64,000 bases of DNA, taken from Flectonema sp. DT1601. Its lineage: Eukaryota. The notes beneath the pieces were generated by a model. That model was given only the letters and a program-made list of their open reading frames with translations, did no database searches and was not told the origin of the DNA. The stretch's first letter is position 1, and each line of letters begins with the position of its first letter. The position numbers were made by a program, and so were the translations under genes. The stretch spans positions 620,001-684,000 of the forward strand of contig OZ025792.1 in NCBI GenBank assembly GCA_964019425.1, given 5' to 3'. This document shows, one piece after another, positions 10,719 through 22,096 of this stretch.

Positions 10719-12498
10719 GAGTGGATGTCAAAAGTCTGGTACCGTTTTGGTCAACGGTAAACTGCGGGCATGTACAACTCAATCGAGACCCAACCCTGTC
10801 TGAAACATGCCCCAAAAAATTCAATTCCGGGTGTGGGATCTCACTTTACTCGTAATACTTGTAAAAAAAAAAAAAATTCCTGCATTTTTTGCTTGTAGCC
10901 GGTAACAAAGCTGTTACAGAGAGCCCCAAGCATAACAAAAGCAAAATATGACCACAAAAGCGATAATTGAGCAACTGCAATTACTGATTGACAAGATGGG
11001 AGACCCTCCGAAGTGGAGTGACAGGAAAGAGTCCAATGGGAGTTCAAAAACCTTGGAAGGTAAACATGCAAAACTGCTAGAATGCCTTTCTGGGGGTGGT
11101 GATGTTACTGCTATGCCCCTGAGGGTTGTGGGAATAGCAGTGCTGTGGAATGGTGTCAATTGTCCTTTCAGTAGTAAATGAAACAATTGTGAGCATGGAA
11201 ACGGGTGACAGGCGAGAAGTGTCTAGAAGAATAGGATGGAAGTTAAGCTTTCTAGAGGAAGCTGGGCTAAAAATAGGCAGAAAGGCCTGGGATGCTAGAA
11301 TCCACGTGCCCATAAGTATAAGAACCAATGAAGATCTTCCTGAAGTTGTGCAGTCAAGTGAGAACGAGCTCAAGGCAGCCTCGCCCGACTTCAATGGTAT
11401 CAAAAAGTCAACGAGGTGACACTGTTACGTTGCAGGGTGTCCTTGGGGGACATTTAAATCTATCTATAAAGTCAGCAGTATTCGAAATCTGATATCAGAA
11501 TCTACATACCATCGTATGCGTGGGAATGAATACCATCACCTTGTGCTGTGAACTGATGTCTGCTCCTACTGCCGTGTGGACAGACAATTAGAAAGAAACT
11601 GTCAAAACTACTTAGCAAGTGTTGAGTGACAGAATGGTTACTCAGTAACTGTTCATTAACCGTTTGGAATGCTGCACATGCCAGTGCGCTGACAATAGTG
11701 TCCAGTAAGGGTGGCTTACCAGTCATAGCAGCTGGTGTACGACCAGCTGCTATCTCATTATAATGATACAACAGACTTGTTGAGGTTCATTATCATGTAG
11801 AAGAGTTTAAGAGACAGAATGCAGTCTATTCAGAAAACACTTCTGATACGGAGATGATTTAATTATAAAACTTGATTATAAGGAGTCTTCTCCTTCAGTA
11901 CCTTGCCACAGGTACCTAAGGAGAAGACTCCTTACCACAAGAGTCATCATCACATTATTAGCAGCAGGAGAAGTACAGTTTGGGTATAACTATGCATTTC
12001 AAGTTGCACAATGAGACTCGACAAATTGACTTTTTTTTGACGCAAACAAATCAACTCAAAACTGATGGTTACTCTTCCGAGGGTTCTACTCAGGGCTTTC
12101 GATCAGAATGTGACTACGTCCAAAGGAAGTGCAAAAAGTGTAGAACGTGGTGCTAAAAACTAATAATAATTTTCACGTTAAAAGTATTATTTTTACCGAT
12201 AATTCCATTTATTTTTATAATGAAATATTAGAATATAGATTTGGGGGATGATACTTTTGGCAAGGCTGCATATGTAATATTTGGGTTTCTCTGTAGCCAC
12301 AAGCCAGTTCTCTGTAAGCCACAAGCAAAAAATGCAGGATTTTTTTTTTTTTTTACAAGTATTACGAGTAAAGTGAGATCCCACACCCGGAATTGAATTT
12401 TTTGGGGCATGTTTCAGACGGGGTTGGGTCTCGATTGAGTTGTACATGCCCACAGTTTACCGTTGACCAAAACGGTACCAGACTTTTGACATGTCCTC
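10719..12498 (+). mobile_element. TIR DNA transposon with GAG...CTC ends and a 4-bp ATAT flank (Sola-like), decayed
   Basis: ~200-bp inverted repeats (10719-10930 versus 12270-12498, core ATGTCAAAAGTCTGGTACCGTTTTGGTCAACGG). ATAT at 10715-10718 and 12499-12502. Broken ORFs lie inside (10948-11419). Confidence 0.7.
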
Positions 12499-12650
12499 AT
12501 ATTTTGATAAATAATGTGGTTGGCAAATGAATGCCGAAGAGGCAACTTGAGAAAAGCAATTGGATGAGAAGAAACATTGGGTCTTATAAAGCAAAGGAGA
12601 TAGAGGGGCCTAAAAAGACCGCAGAGTGGATAGCTCCACAAAAGGCTGAA

Positions 12651-12834
12651 TTCGATAGAGTGGGAAGTAACGGACTGGGAGCTTTTGGCTCCTGCCCTAT
12701 TCCCGATGTAAACTTTCTTTTTATTTTTTTTTTTTAACAGGCCCAGAGGGCGACAATGACTGTTGCTGACCAAGGAATAATATTCAAATGAATTTTCGTT
12801 TCAAAGAAACGAACAGAATTAAGAGAGAGGCAGA

Positions 12835-12868
<34 letters not shown>

Positions 12869-13062
12869 GAAAAAAAAAAAAAAAAAATATGAAGAGGAAA
12901 TAATCAAACATGAAAAAAATAAAAAAAAAAATAAAATATAAATAAAAAACGTTGTATGAAAAAGGAAAAAAAAGAAGAAAAAAAAAAAAGACCAGAAAAG
13001 GAAAGAGAAAATGAAAAGGTATAATATTATTGTGGGGATATGAGGATAGCAGGGAGATGCTC
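12651..13062 (+). repeat. ~400-bp module
   Basis: TTCGATAGAGTGGGAAGTAAC...GGGAGATGCTC, followed by poly-T and satellite. Confidence 0.95.
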
Positions 13063-13195
13063 TTTTTTTTTTTTTTTTTTTATTTATTATTTAAAAAAAA
13101 GGAAACAATCAGTTTAGCGTCTCGATCGGGACGGAAAATAGAAATTAATCGACATAGTCGATCGATAGAAAAAAAACAATGATAACATTGTTTAT

Positions 13196-13232
<37 letters not shown>

Positions 13233-14592
13233 CTTTTAATTATTTTAAAGAAAAAACAATCAGTTTAGCGTCTTGACCAGGACGGAAAATAGAAAGTGAT
13301 CGACATAGTCGATCGATAAAAAAACAATGATAACATTGTTTATTCTTTTTTTTTTTTTTTAAATTCTTATTATTTATTTTTTAAAGAAAAAAAAAACGGA
13401 AAATAAAAATTAGTCGACAAAGTCGAACGATAAAAAAAAACAATGATAACATTGTTTATTCTTTTTTTTTTTTGTTTTTTTTTTATATTCTTTTTTATTA
13501 ATTTTGAAAAAAAAACAATCAGTTTAGCGTCTTGACCAGGACGGAAAATAGAAAGTAATCGACATAGTCGATCGATAAGAAAACAATGATAACATTGTTT
13601 ATTCTTTTTTTTTTATTTTAAATTCTTTTTATTTATTTTTTAAAGAAAAAAACTGAAAATAGAAATTAGTCGACAAAGTCGAACGATAAAAAAAACAATG
13701 ATAACATTGTTTATTCTTTTTTTATTTTTTTTTTATATTCTTTTTTATTAATTTTGAAAAAAAAAAACAATCAGTTTAGCGTCTTGACCAGGACGGAAAA
13801 TAGAAGGTAATCGACATAGTCGATCGATAAAAAAAACAATGATAACATTGTTTATTCTTTTTTTTTATTTTAAAATCTTTTTATTTATTTTTAAAGAAAA
13901 AAACTGAAAATAGAAATTAGTCGACAAAGTCGAACGATAAAAAAAACAATGATAACATTGTTTATTCTTTTTTTTATTTTAAATTCTTTTTATTTATTTT
14001 TTAAAGAAAAGAAACGGAAAATAGAAATTAGTCCGATAAAAAAAAAAACAATGATAACATTGTTTATTCTTTTTTTTTTTTTTTTTTTATATTCTTTTTT
14101 ATTAATTTTGAAAAAAAAAAACAATCAGTTTAGCGTCTTGACCAGGACGGAAAATAGAAATTAGTCGACAAAGTCGAACGATAAAAAAAAACAATGATAA
14201 CATTGTTTATTCTTTTTTTTTTAAATTCTTTTTATTTATTTTTTAAAGGAAAAAAAACGGAAAATAGAAATTAGTCGACAAAGTCGAACGATAAAAAAAC
14301 AATGATAACATTGTTTATTCTTTTTTTTTTTTTTTGAATTTCGATAAAGTGGGAAGTAACGGACTGGGAGCTTTTGGCTCCTGCCCTATTCCCGATGTAA
14401 ACTTTCTTTTTATTTTTATTTTTTTTTAACAGGCCCAAAGGGCGACAATGATGGTTGCTGACCAAGGAATAATATTCAAATGAATTTTCGTTTCAAAGAA
14501 ACGAACAGAATTAAGAGAGAGGCAGAGGAAAAAAAAAAAAAAAGAAAGAAAAGAAAAGAAAAAAAAAAATGAAGAGGAAATAATCAAACATG

Positions 14593-14623
<31 letters not shown>

Positions 14624-16360
14624 AATAAAAAACGTTGTATGAAAAAGGAAAAAAAAGAAAAAAAAAAAGACCAGAAAAGGAAAGAGAAAATGAAAAGGTA
14701 TAATATTATTGTGGGGATATGAGGGATAGCAGGGAGATGCTCTTTTTTTTTTTTTTTTTTTTTTTCTTATTTATTATTAAAAAAAGGAAACAATCAGTTT
14801 AGCGTCTCGATCAGGACGGAAAATAGAAATTAATCGACATAGTTGATCGATAGAAAAAAAAACAATGATAACATTGTTTATTCATTTTTTTTTTTTTTTT
14901 TTTTTTTTTAAATCTTTTTAATTATTTTAAAGAAAAAACATTCAGTTAAGCGTCTTGACCAGGACGGAAAATAGTAAGTAATCGACATAGTCGATCGATA
15001 AAAAAAAAACAATGATAACATTGTTTATTCCTTTTTTTTTTTTTTTATTCTTTTTATTTATTATTAAAGAAAAAACAATCAGTTTAGCGTCCTGACCAGG
15101 ACGGAAAATAGAAAGTAATCGACATAGTCGATCGATAAAAAAAACAATGATAACATTGTTTATTCTTTTTTTTTTTTTTTTATTTTAATTCTTTTTATTT
15201 ATTTTTTAAAGAGAAAAAAAATGGAAAATAGAAATTAGTCAACAAAGTCGAACGATAAAAAAAAACAATGATAACATTGTTTATTCTTTTTTTTTTTATT
15301 TTTTTTATATTCTTTTTTAATATAAAAAAAAAAAAAGTTTCTTTTTATTTATAAAAAAAAACAATCAGTTTAGCGTCTTGACCAGGACGGAAAATAGAAA
15401 GTAATCGACGTAGTCGATCGATAAGAAAACAATGATAACATTGTTTATTCTTTTTTTTTATTTTAAATTCTTTTTATTTATTTTTTAAAGAAAAAAAACT
15501 GAAAATAGAAATTAGTCGACAAAGTCGAACGATAAAAAAACAATGATAACATTGTTTATTCTTTTTTTTTTTTTTTTATTTCTTTTTATTTATAAAAAAA
15601 AACAATCAGTTTAGCGTCTTGACCAGGACGGAAAATAGAAAGTGATCGACATAGTCGATCGATAAAAAAACAATGATAACATTGTTTATTCTTTTTTTTT
15701 ATTTTAAATTCTTTTTATTTATTTTTTAAAGAAAAAAAAAAACGGAAAATAGAAATTAGTCGACAAAGTCGAACGATGAAAAAAAACAATGATAACATTG
15801 TTTATTCTTTTTTTTATTTTTTTTTTTTATTCTTTTTTATTAATTTTGAAAAAAAAAAACAATCAGTTTAGCGTCTTGACCAGGACGGAAAATAGAAAGT
15901 AATCGACGTAGTCGATCGATAAGAAAACAATGATAACATTGTTTATTCTTTTTTTTTATTTTAAATTCTTTTTATTTATTTTTTAAAGAAAAAAAAAAAC
16001 GGAAAATAGAAATTAGTCGACAAAGTCGAACGATGAAAAAAAACAATGATAACATTGTTTATTCTTTTTTTTATTTTTTTTTTTTATTCTTTTTTATTAA
16101 TTTTGAAAAAAAAAAACAATCAGTTTAGCGTCTTGACCAGGACGGAAAATAGAAAGTAATCGACATAGTCGATCGATAAGAAAACAATGATAACATTGTT
16201 TATTCTTTTTTTTTTATTTTAAATTCTTTTTATTTATTTTTTAAAGAAAAAAAACTGAAAATAGAAATTAGTCGACAAAGTCGAACGATAAAAAAAACAA
16301 TGATAACATTGTTTATTCTTTTTTTTTTTTTATTTTAAATTCTTTTTATTTATTTTTTAA
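13063..16360 (-). repeat. three-hairpin satellite array, right arm (inverted orientation)
   Basis: Reverse complement of the units in 4370-9850 (CAATCAGTTTAGCGTCTTGACCAGGACG...). Interrupted by the module at 14336-14742. Confidence 0.97.
14336..14742 (+). repeat. ~400-bp module between T tracts
   Basis: GAATTTCGATAAAGTGGG...GATGCTC, with the same two ends as the inverted copy at 17228-17632. Confidence 0.95.
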
Positions 16361-16499
16361 CAGGAGTTAAGATCACTTACATGAGTTAACACAACACAGA
16401 TACGAGAGTCGCAAACTGAGGTAACACTACCAATTCAACAAAAAAATAATCAGGATCGGACACAAGGAGGAGAGTTCATTCTACCTCTCATTGTCCTTG

Positions 16500-16600
16500 C
16501 TGGTATCTTAAGTGTCTTGGTATCTCTTGTGTGTCGGTATCTCGGAAGTGCTGGTATCTCGTATGTGCGTTGGTATCTCTTGCGTGTTGGTATCTCTTGC
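16500..16600. repeat. GGTATCTC sub-repeats (six, spaced about 17-18 bp)
   Basis: Directly visible. The inverted counterpart GAGATACCAAGTCACTTGAGATACC is at 4127-4151. Confidence 0.8.
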
Positions 16601-16799
16601 ACATAAAAAAAAATTGAGTTAACATGATCAGTTTTATTTAACATTAAAGACAGACCGGAACTATTTGAAAATAAAATGTAGATGGGAAACAGTGAAAATT
16701 AAAATGAATGATAAAATTAAATGAGATTTATGACATAACAGACCAGATAGAGAGTAATAAAGGGAAAAGGAAAACGGGAAGGGTTCATTCACTTAGTTA

Positions 16800-17409
16800 A
16801 AGTTAAGACCGATTAGTCAGTTTAAGGTCTTGACTAGGACCAGCAAAAAAAAAAAAAAAAATAACGATCAAGCTGAGCTGATCTTGTTTTTATTAAAATA
16901 AGGGGAGCGGGAGGGATGGGAGGAATAAAGGAAAAAAAAAGAAAAGGTCGATCAATTGGATCTGATCGTCGAGAAGAAGAAGACAATTATTTTAAAGGTC
17001 GATCGGCATAGCCGATCGTTGAGAAAAAATAACCAGATATAAATACAATCAGTTTAAATTTAAAAAAAAAAAAAAAAAGATTAACGATCAAGCTGAGCTG
17101 ATCTTGTTTTTATTAAAATAAGGGGAGCGGGAGGGATGGAAAGAATAAAGGAAAAAAAAAAAAAAAAAAAAAAAGGTCGATCAATTGGATCTGATCGTCG
17201 AGAAGAAGAAAACAATTATTTTAAAAAGAGCATCTCCCTGCTATCCCTCATATCCCCACAATAATATTATACCTTTTCATTTTCTCTTTCCTTTTCTGGT
17301 CTTTTTTTTTTTCTTTTTTTTCCTTTTTCATACAACGTTTTTTATTTATATATATTTTTTTTTTTTTTTTTTTTCATGTTTGATTATTTCCTCTTCATTT
17401 TTTTTTCTC

Positions 17410-17440
<31 letters not shown>

Positions 17441-17720
17441 CTCTGCCTCTCTCTTAATTCTGTTCGTTTCTTTGAAACGAAAATTCATTTGAATATTATT
17501 CCTTGGTCAGCAACCATCATTGTCGCCCTTTGGGCCTGTTAAAAAAAAATAAAAATAAAAAGAAAGTTTACATCGGGAATAGGGCAGGAGCCAAAAGCTC
17601 CCAGTCCGTTACTTCCCACTTTATCGAAATTCAAAAAAATTGATCGGTATAGCCGATCGTTGAGAAAAGAACAGATATAAATACAATCGGTTTTGGTGAT
17701 CGACGAGTGGAGCGATCACT
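16800..17720. repeat. diverged relative of the hairpin satellite (two ~220-bp units) with the 400-bp module inserted
   Basis: AACGATCAAGCTGAGCTGATCTTG...GTCGATCAATTGGATCTGATCGTCGAG is duplicated at ~16863 and ~17083. Confidence 0.8.
17228..17632 (-). mobile_element. ~400-bp module inserted as a discrete unit into an A tract
   Basis: It splits the second unit between TTATTTTAAAA and GATCGGTATAGCCGATCG, which are nearly contiguous in the first unit (~16987-17018). Confidence 0.75.
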
Positions 17721-18177
17721 TGACAAGAAGGAAAAAAGAAAGGACCGATTAATTGGGGCTTTGGTTGTATTCCCAAGGCATGTTTTTTTTTTTTTTTTTT
17801 TATTATTCATTTACATTATTTTTTTTTTTTTTTTTTAAATTAATAATCACATTTTGTTCAAAAATATTTCATATTAGAGTAAAAGAAAAAGAAAAAAAAG
17901 AGATAAGAGAAAAAAAAAAAAAAACCATTGCTGGCCCCCTCACCACTCATAGAGGATGAGGAGGCCAGTAAGGCGTCACTCAAATCTATGCCAAGCCTTG
18001 GGAACTTGGATTGGGGTTTAGACCATTTACAATTAACAATTAACAATTAATCTGATTAACGTTATGATCTGACGGACATAAACATATCGACAAAATATTA
18101 CAAACAAAACGAACAATAAATAATAAATAAGCTAATAAACTAAATAAACAAAGTGATGTGAAAGTAAGGAAAAAGAA

Positions 18178-19340
18178 TTACAAGGGGGTGGAGTCACCGT
18201 GAACGTCATCAGCAGAACATCTCCTTCGATTATAACGATATCTTGATGGAGGGGTCCGTTTTTTCAGAGTTGAACGCTCAGACTTTCTCGGCGGAGTTTC
18301 AATTTCCTCATGTTCTTCTGTGTCTGGCGGACTCAAACCTTCTGCCCATGAAGCTAATTGGAACTTCAGGGCCGCAATTTGAGACCGTGCCAAGGCGAGT
18401 TGAGCATTTAAATCGCTCGCCAGTCCCGTTAACATCATGGATTGCTCAAGCTGCTCTGCGTGAGTTGTACACCGTTGGTGATTCAGCTCCGAGAGGCGAA
18501 GTTGGGCATCCAAAAGTTGTTCTGAGAGCTCTGCCGCTTTCTCGTTTGTTTCGAGAGAGTCATCTACTGCCGACAGTAGTTCTCGAGTAAGTCAATCCTA
18601 CCCTCGGACCATTGTCTCGCAATAGGTGTATTCTCTTTAACGGAGATAACGTGGCTCTCTTGTCGTAAAATCTTGGTCGGCGTGCGGTCGAGAGCTTCAC
18701 TCTGCGGCATTGTCGGAGGAATTGAGGCTAGAGGACAAAGAGGGGTGATATAATTAAGGGTAGGGATAAGGGGTTTAATAAGAGGAGTAAAAAGACTACT
18801 CGTAGTTGTAAAGAGCGAGAGGTAGTTCTTTGCTATCTTCATCATAGCAACAGATTCATACAAAATAGGGGATCGGGGGGAAACTTGTTGACTAAAGTGG
18901 GTCATGTGGGGACGTGCGGCACGCAAACTCTCGACCTCCTGTTGAGTATAGAAAAGTCTTATTTTACTTTCTCTTTCCTCATTACATTTGGTCTCCAATT
19001 CGTTCGACAGAAGAACAAACCTTTGATGGTAATTGAAAAGCGCCATTTCCGATAGGTCTGCTTTCTGAGTCAGATTTGCGAGCTCACGTTTCCTGTAATC
19101 TTCCACTAAGTCATATTGACGAACTAGTGCGGAAAGAGAAGTCTTCGATTCATCGCGTTCTACTGTTAACCGTTGAATTACTCCTTCCAGAAGTTCATAT
19201 TCTTTTCTATCTTTTTCAATAATTAAAACAGGGGGCGCAGGAGGAAGTGAGGATGGATCCTGGTTGGTAGCTTTGATCTCAACAGGTAATCCGTTTAGTA
19301 ACTGCTTGTCTTTCTCGAGGGAGGCTGACATCGCATTAAA
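18178..19340 (-). pseudogene. coiled-coil protein coding region in two frames (intron-containing or decayed)
   Basis: ORFs 18564-19514 and 18178-18513 are both L/E/Q-rich and heptad-like but out of frame with each other. No family recognised. Confidence 0.4.
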
Positions 19341-19511
19341 GTAAAATAAAAATAGAACATAAAAAATTCGTTCTTTCATTTGTTCTAATTCGTTTTCTAA
19401 GATCTGGCATTTCAAGGAAAGTTTCAGCCTTAATCTTCCTTTTTTTTCTTTGTACAAGGGGGTTTGAGAACCAATGTCAGATTGACATCTTAACACCATA
19501 GTGAGCAAGTA

Positions 19512-19779
19512 CAACAGGTAGCATTGGTAGTCTGTTGATCCTGAGTGATCCCAGCTACAGTTTTGTTTTTCTTTCTTTTTTTTAGAAGAAGATCAGGACA
19601 TCCAAGCACTGCTGGATAGTTGCTGAATGCAGGTGCCTGTGGCATTATAATAACAGGCTAAGTCATTTGTAGTTCATAGTTTACCTTTGATTTTATAACT
19701 TCACACAGGGTACTATGAACGATGAGAGATCCAGTGGGATCACTCAGGGTCTAGTAGAGACCACCAATGTTGTGCGTTG
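19512..19779. mobile_element. possible old MITE (imperfect ~40-bp inverted repeats)
   Basis: CATTGGTAGTCT..CCTGAGTGATCCCA (19522-19553) versus TGGGATCACTCAGG..AGACCACCAATG (19735-19769). No clear TSD. Confidence 0.4.
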
Positions 19780-20111
19780 ATAGGCAAGGTGACCAACCTT
19801 GACATTCTTTCTTTTCTCTCCTGTTGTGACAAACACAAAATACACACACAGCTTACAGTGTGTTCTTTGTGTATGTTTTCTTCAGGTGTGAGTAGTTTTT
19901 TTGTTCTTGCTCTTCAGGGAGGGCCTTAGCCAAAAGCTAACAGTCCAAATCTCACCTGGTAAACTCAACTCCTTCTGTTTTCTTGTTCTTTTTTTAATTT
20001 ATTTCAAACAGGGCAACAGGGGGAAAGTTTGGTTTGTATCCCTTGTTTTTTTTGTTTTTTTTTTTTTTTTTTAAAAACATCGGTTAATCTTTTTTTCAAA
20101 AAGATTAACCG

Positions 20112-21069
20112 GCAGAAAGTTCAGGACAGCCAGGCCAGAAGATCAGGCCACTGTCACCTCGATTATTGGGAAAAGATTTTTGCATTGCTCGATACCGAGC
20201 TTCCAGGTAGATGGTTCTACATGCTGGAACCCTTGGGGGGAAAAGGCATTTTTCGTTGCTGCTATTGCGGTGACACAGTCTCCCCTCACCACGCCCGCCT
20301 GCTGGAAGTCAATAGGCAGGTCAACCACGCCCTCTCCCATGTGAACCACATTCAGGTCTCTAAGCTGAAGAGCGATGTCCCCGATGACCCCATGCTCACC
20401 AAGCCTGATGCCAGCATCATCCCGGTGGACGCACCATCCCTACCTAACCCCCCAACCAAGTCCCAGCGCGGGGCATTCATTTTCTCTGTTGTTGAATGCT
20501 TTGCGCTGGAGCTCCCCACAAAGCAAAAGTTGCGTGACCCCCTCTCCCTCCCGGTGCCCCAGCAGTCCGCCACACTGACCCAAGCGAAAGCAGCGAAAGC
20601 AGCAGAAAATGCTGCTGCCAGGAAAGTTGCACAAGAAAAAACTGCTCAGCGAAAAGAGGAGGCAATGAACGAGAATGAGCCCCTCAGTGATTAAACCCAC
20701 CGCACACGCGATGCGCCGGTCCAAAGTCCGGAACCTCACCACAAGCGATGGTCAGGAAGGGTGATGGGTCACTGGGCACAAGCGATGCCCATTTAGTTGT
20801 CAAAGTGACATGACGTATGGCAAACTGAACAGGTTTGACATCGCACAGCACACCAGCACCAACGGTACCATCTGGATATCACTCACTTTTTTCACTAGAA
20901 TTCACACATTTTCACACATTTTCACAGGATTTCACTACCAAAAAGCAGCAAAAAATTAAGTGAAAAATCGTGAAAAATCGTGAAAAATCGTGAAAAATCG
21001 TGAAAAATCGTGAATTTTCGTGTAGCAAAGTGAAAAATCGTGAACACCTCCACCCTGCCGATCGCCTCA
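20112..21069 (+). mobile_element. right-hand fragment A of the TG...CA element, with a zinc-finger-like ORF
   Basis: From ~20666 it is nearly identical to 24870-25250 and ends GATCGCCTCA. The ORF has FRCCYCGD...H...H and ends NENEPLSD. The left boundary is uncertain. Confidence 0.8.
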
Positions 21070-21876
21070 TTTAAAGAGAAGGTTACGAATGGGCGCTTCG
21101 GAACCTTAACATTTGCATGCTATGTGTTATCATGCCCGCTTCGAGGTATTCCATTCCTCAGGTGGGTTCTCACATTCTTGCAGCGCAACAAGCGCCTCAT
21201 CAAGTACTCTCATCGTCGCAGGCGGGCATACGCTTACCTGATGTCTCTCAGTAACGAGGAAATGGGCAACATCATGGAGTTCATGTGTGCACAATATAGT
21301 ATTGTGAATGGTGTGCTCAGACGTCTCATCTCATTCTCCCGGGAGCATCGCACTCCGCGACAACTTCTCCAGTTTTGGGCAGAGGTTGCACGTGACATGT
21401 CAGAGGCAGCCACAATTGACATCTCATATTTGCTGAATGATCATGGTCGGGTTGTTACAGAACAGAACAGTCTGAACGAGAATGAGCCCCCTCAGTGATT
21501 AAACCCACCGCACACGCGATGCGCCGGTCCAAAGTCCGGAACCTCACCACAAGCGATGGTCAGGAAGGGTGATGGGTCACTGGGCACAAGCGATGCCCAT
21601 TTAGTTGTCAAAGTGACATGTATGGCAAACTGAACAGGTTTGACATTGCACAGCACCAACGGTACCATCTGGATATCACTCACTTTTTTCACTAGAATTC
21701 ACACATTTTCACACATTTTCACACATTTTCACACATTTTCACGGGATTTCACTACCAGAAAGCAGCAAAAAATTAAGTGAAAAATCGTGAAAAATCGTGA
21801 AAAATCGTGAAAAATCGTGAATTTTCGTGTAGCAAAGTGAAAAATCGTGAACACCTCCACCCTGCCGATCGCCTCA
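21070..21876 (+). mobile_element. right-hand fragment B of the TG...CA element
   Basis: Near-identical to 24473-25250, with a 6-bp in-frame indel and a 1-bp frameshift near the stop. Joined directly to satellite at 21877. Confidence 0.92.
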
Positions 21877-22065
21877 AAATTAATCGACATAGTCGATCGA
21901 TAAAAAAAAACAATGATAACACTGTTTATTCCTTTTTTTTTATTTTTATTATTCTTTTTATTTATTTTTAAAGAAAAAACAATCAGTTTAGCGTCCTGAC
22001 CAGGACGGAAAATAGAAAGTGATCGACATAGTCGATCGATAAAAAAACAATGATAACGTTGTTTA

Positions 22066-22096
<31 letters not shown>

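Noticed and set aside
10229..12660. TnpB/Fanzor or other RNA-guided nuclease associated with the hairpin module
   Set aside because: No RuvC motifs were recognised in any ORF of the window.
4370..16360. CRISPR-like array of palindromic repeats
   Set aside because: The intervening sequences are only A/T homopolymer tracts, not unique spacers.
20023..20040. 18-nt identity GAAAGTTTGGTTTGTATC with 25860-25877
   Set aside because: It may mark a shared old repeat, but it is too short to define an element or its boundaries.
20960..21045. Telomere-like (GTGAAAAATC)n repeats
   Set aside because: They are subterminal repeats of the TG...CA transposon, present in all three right ends.
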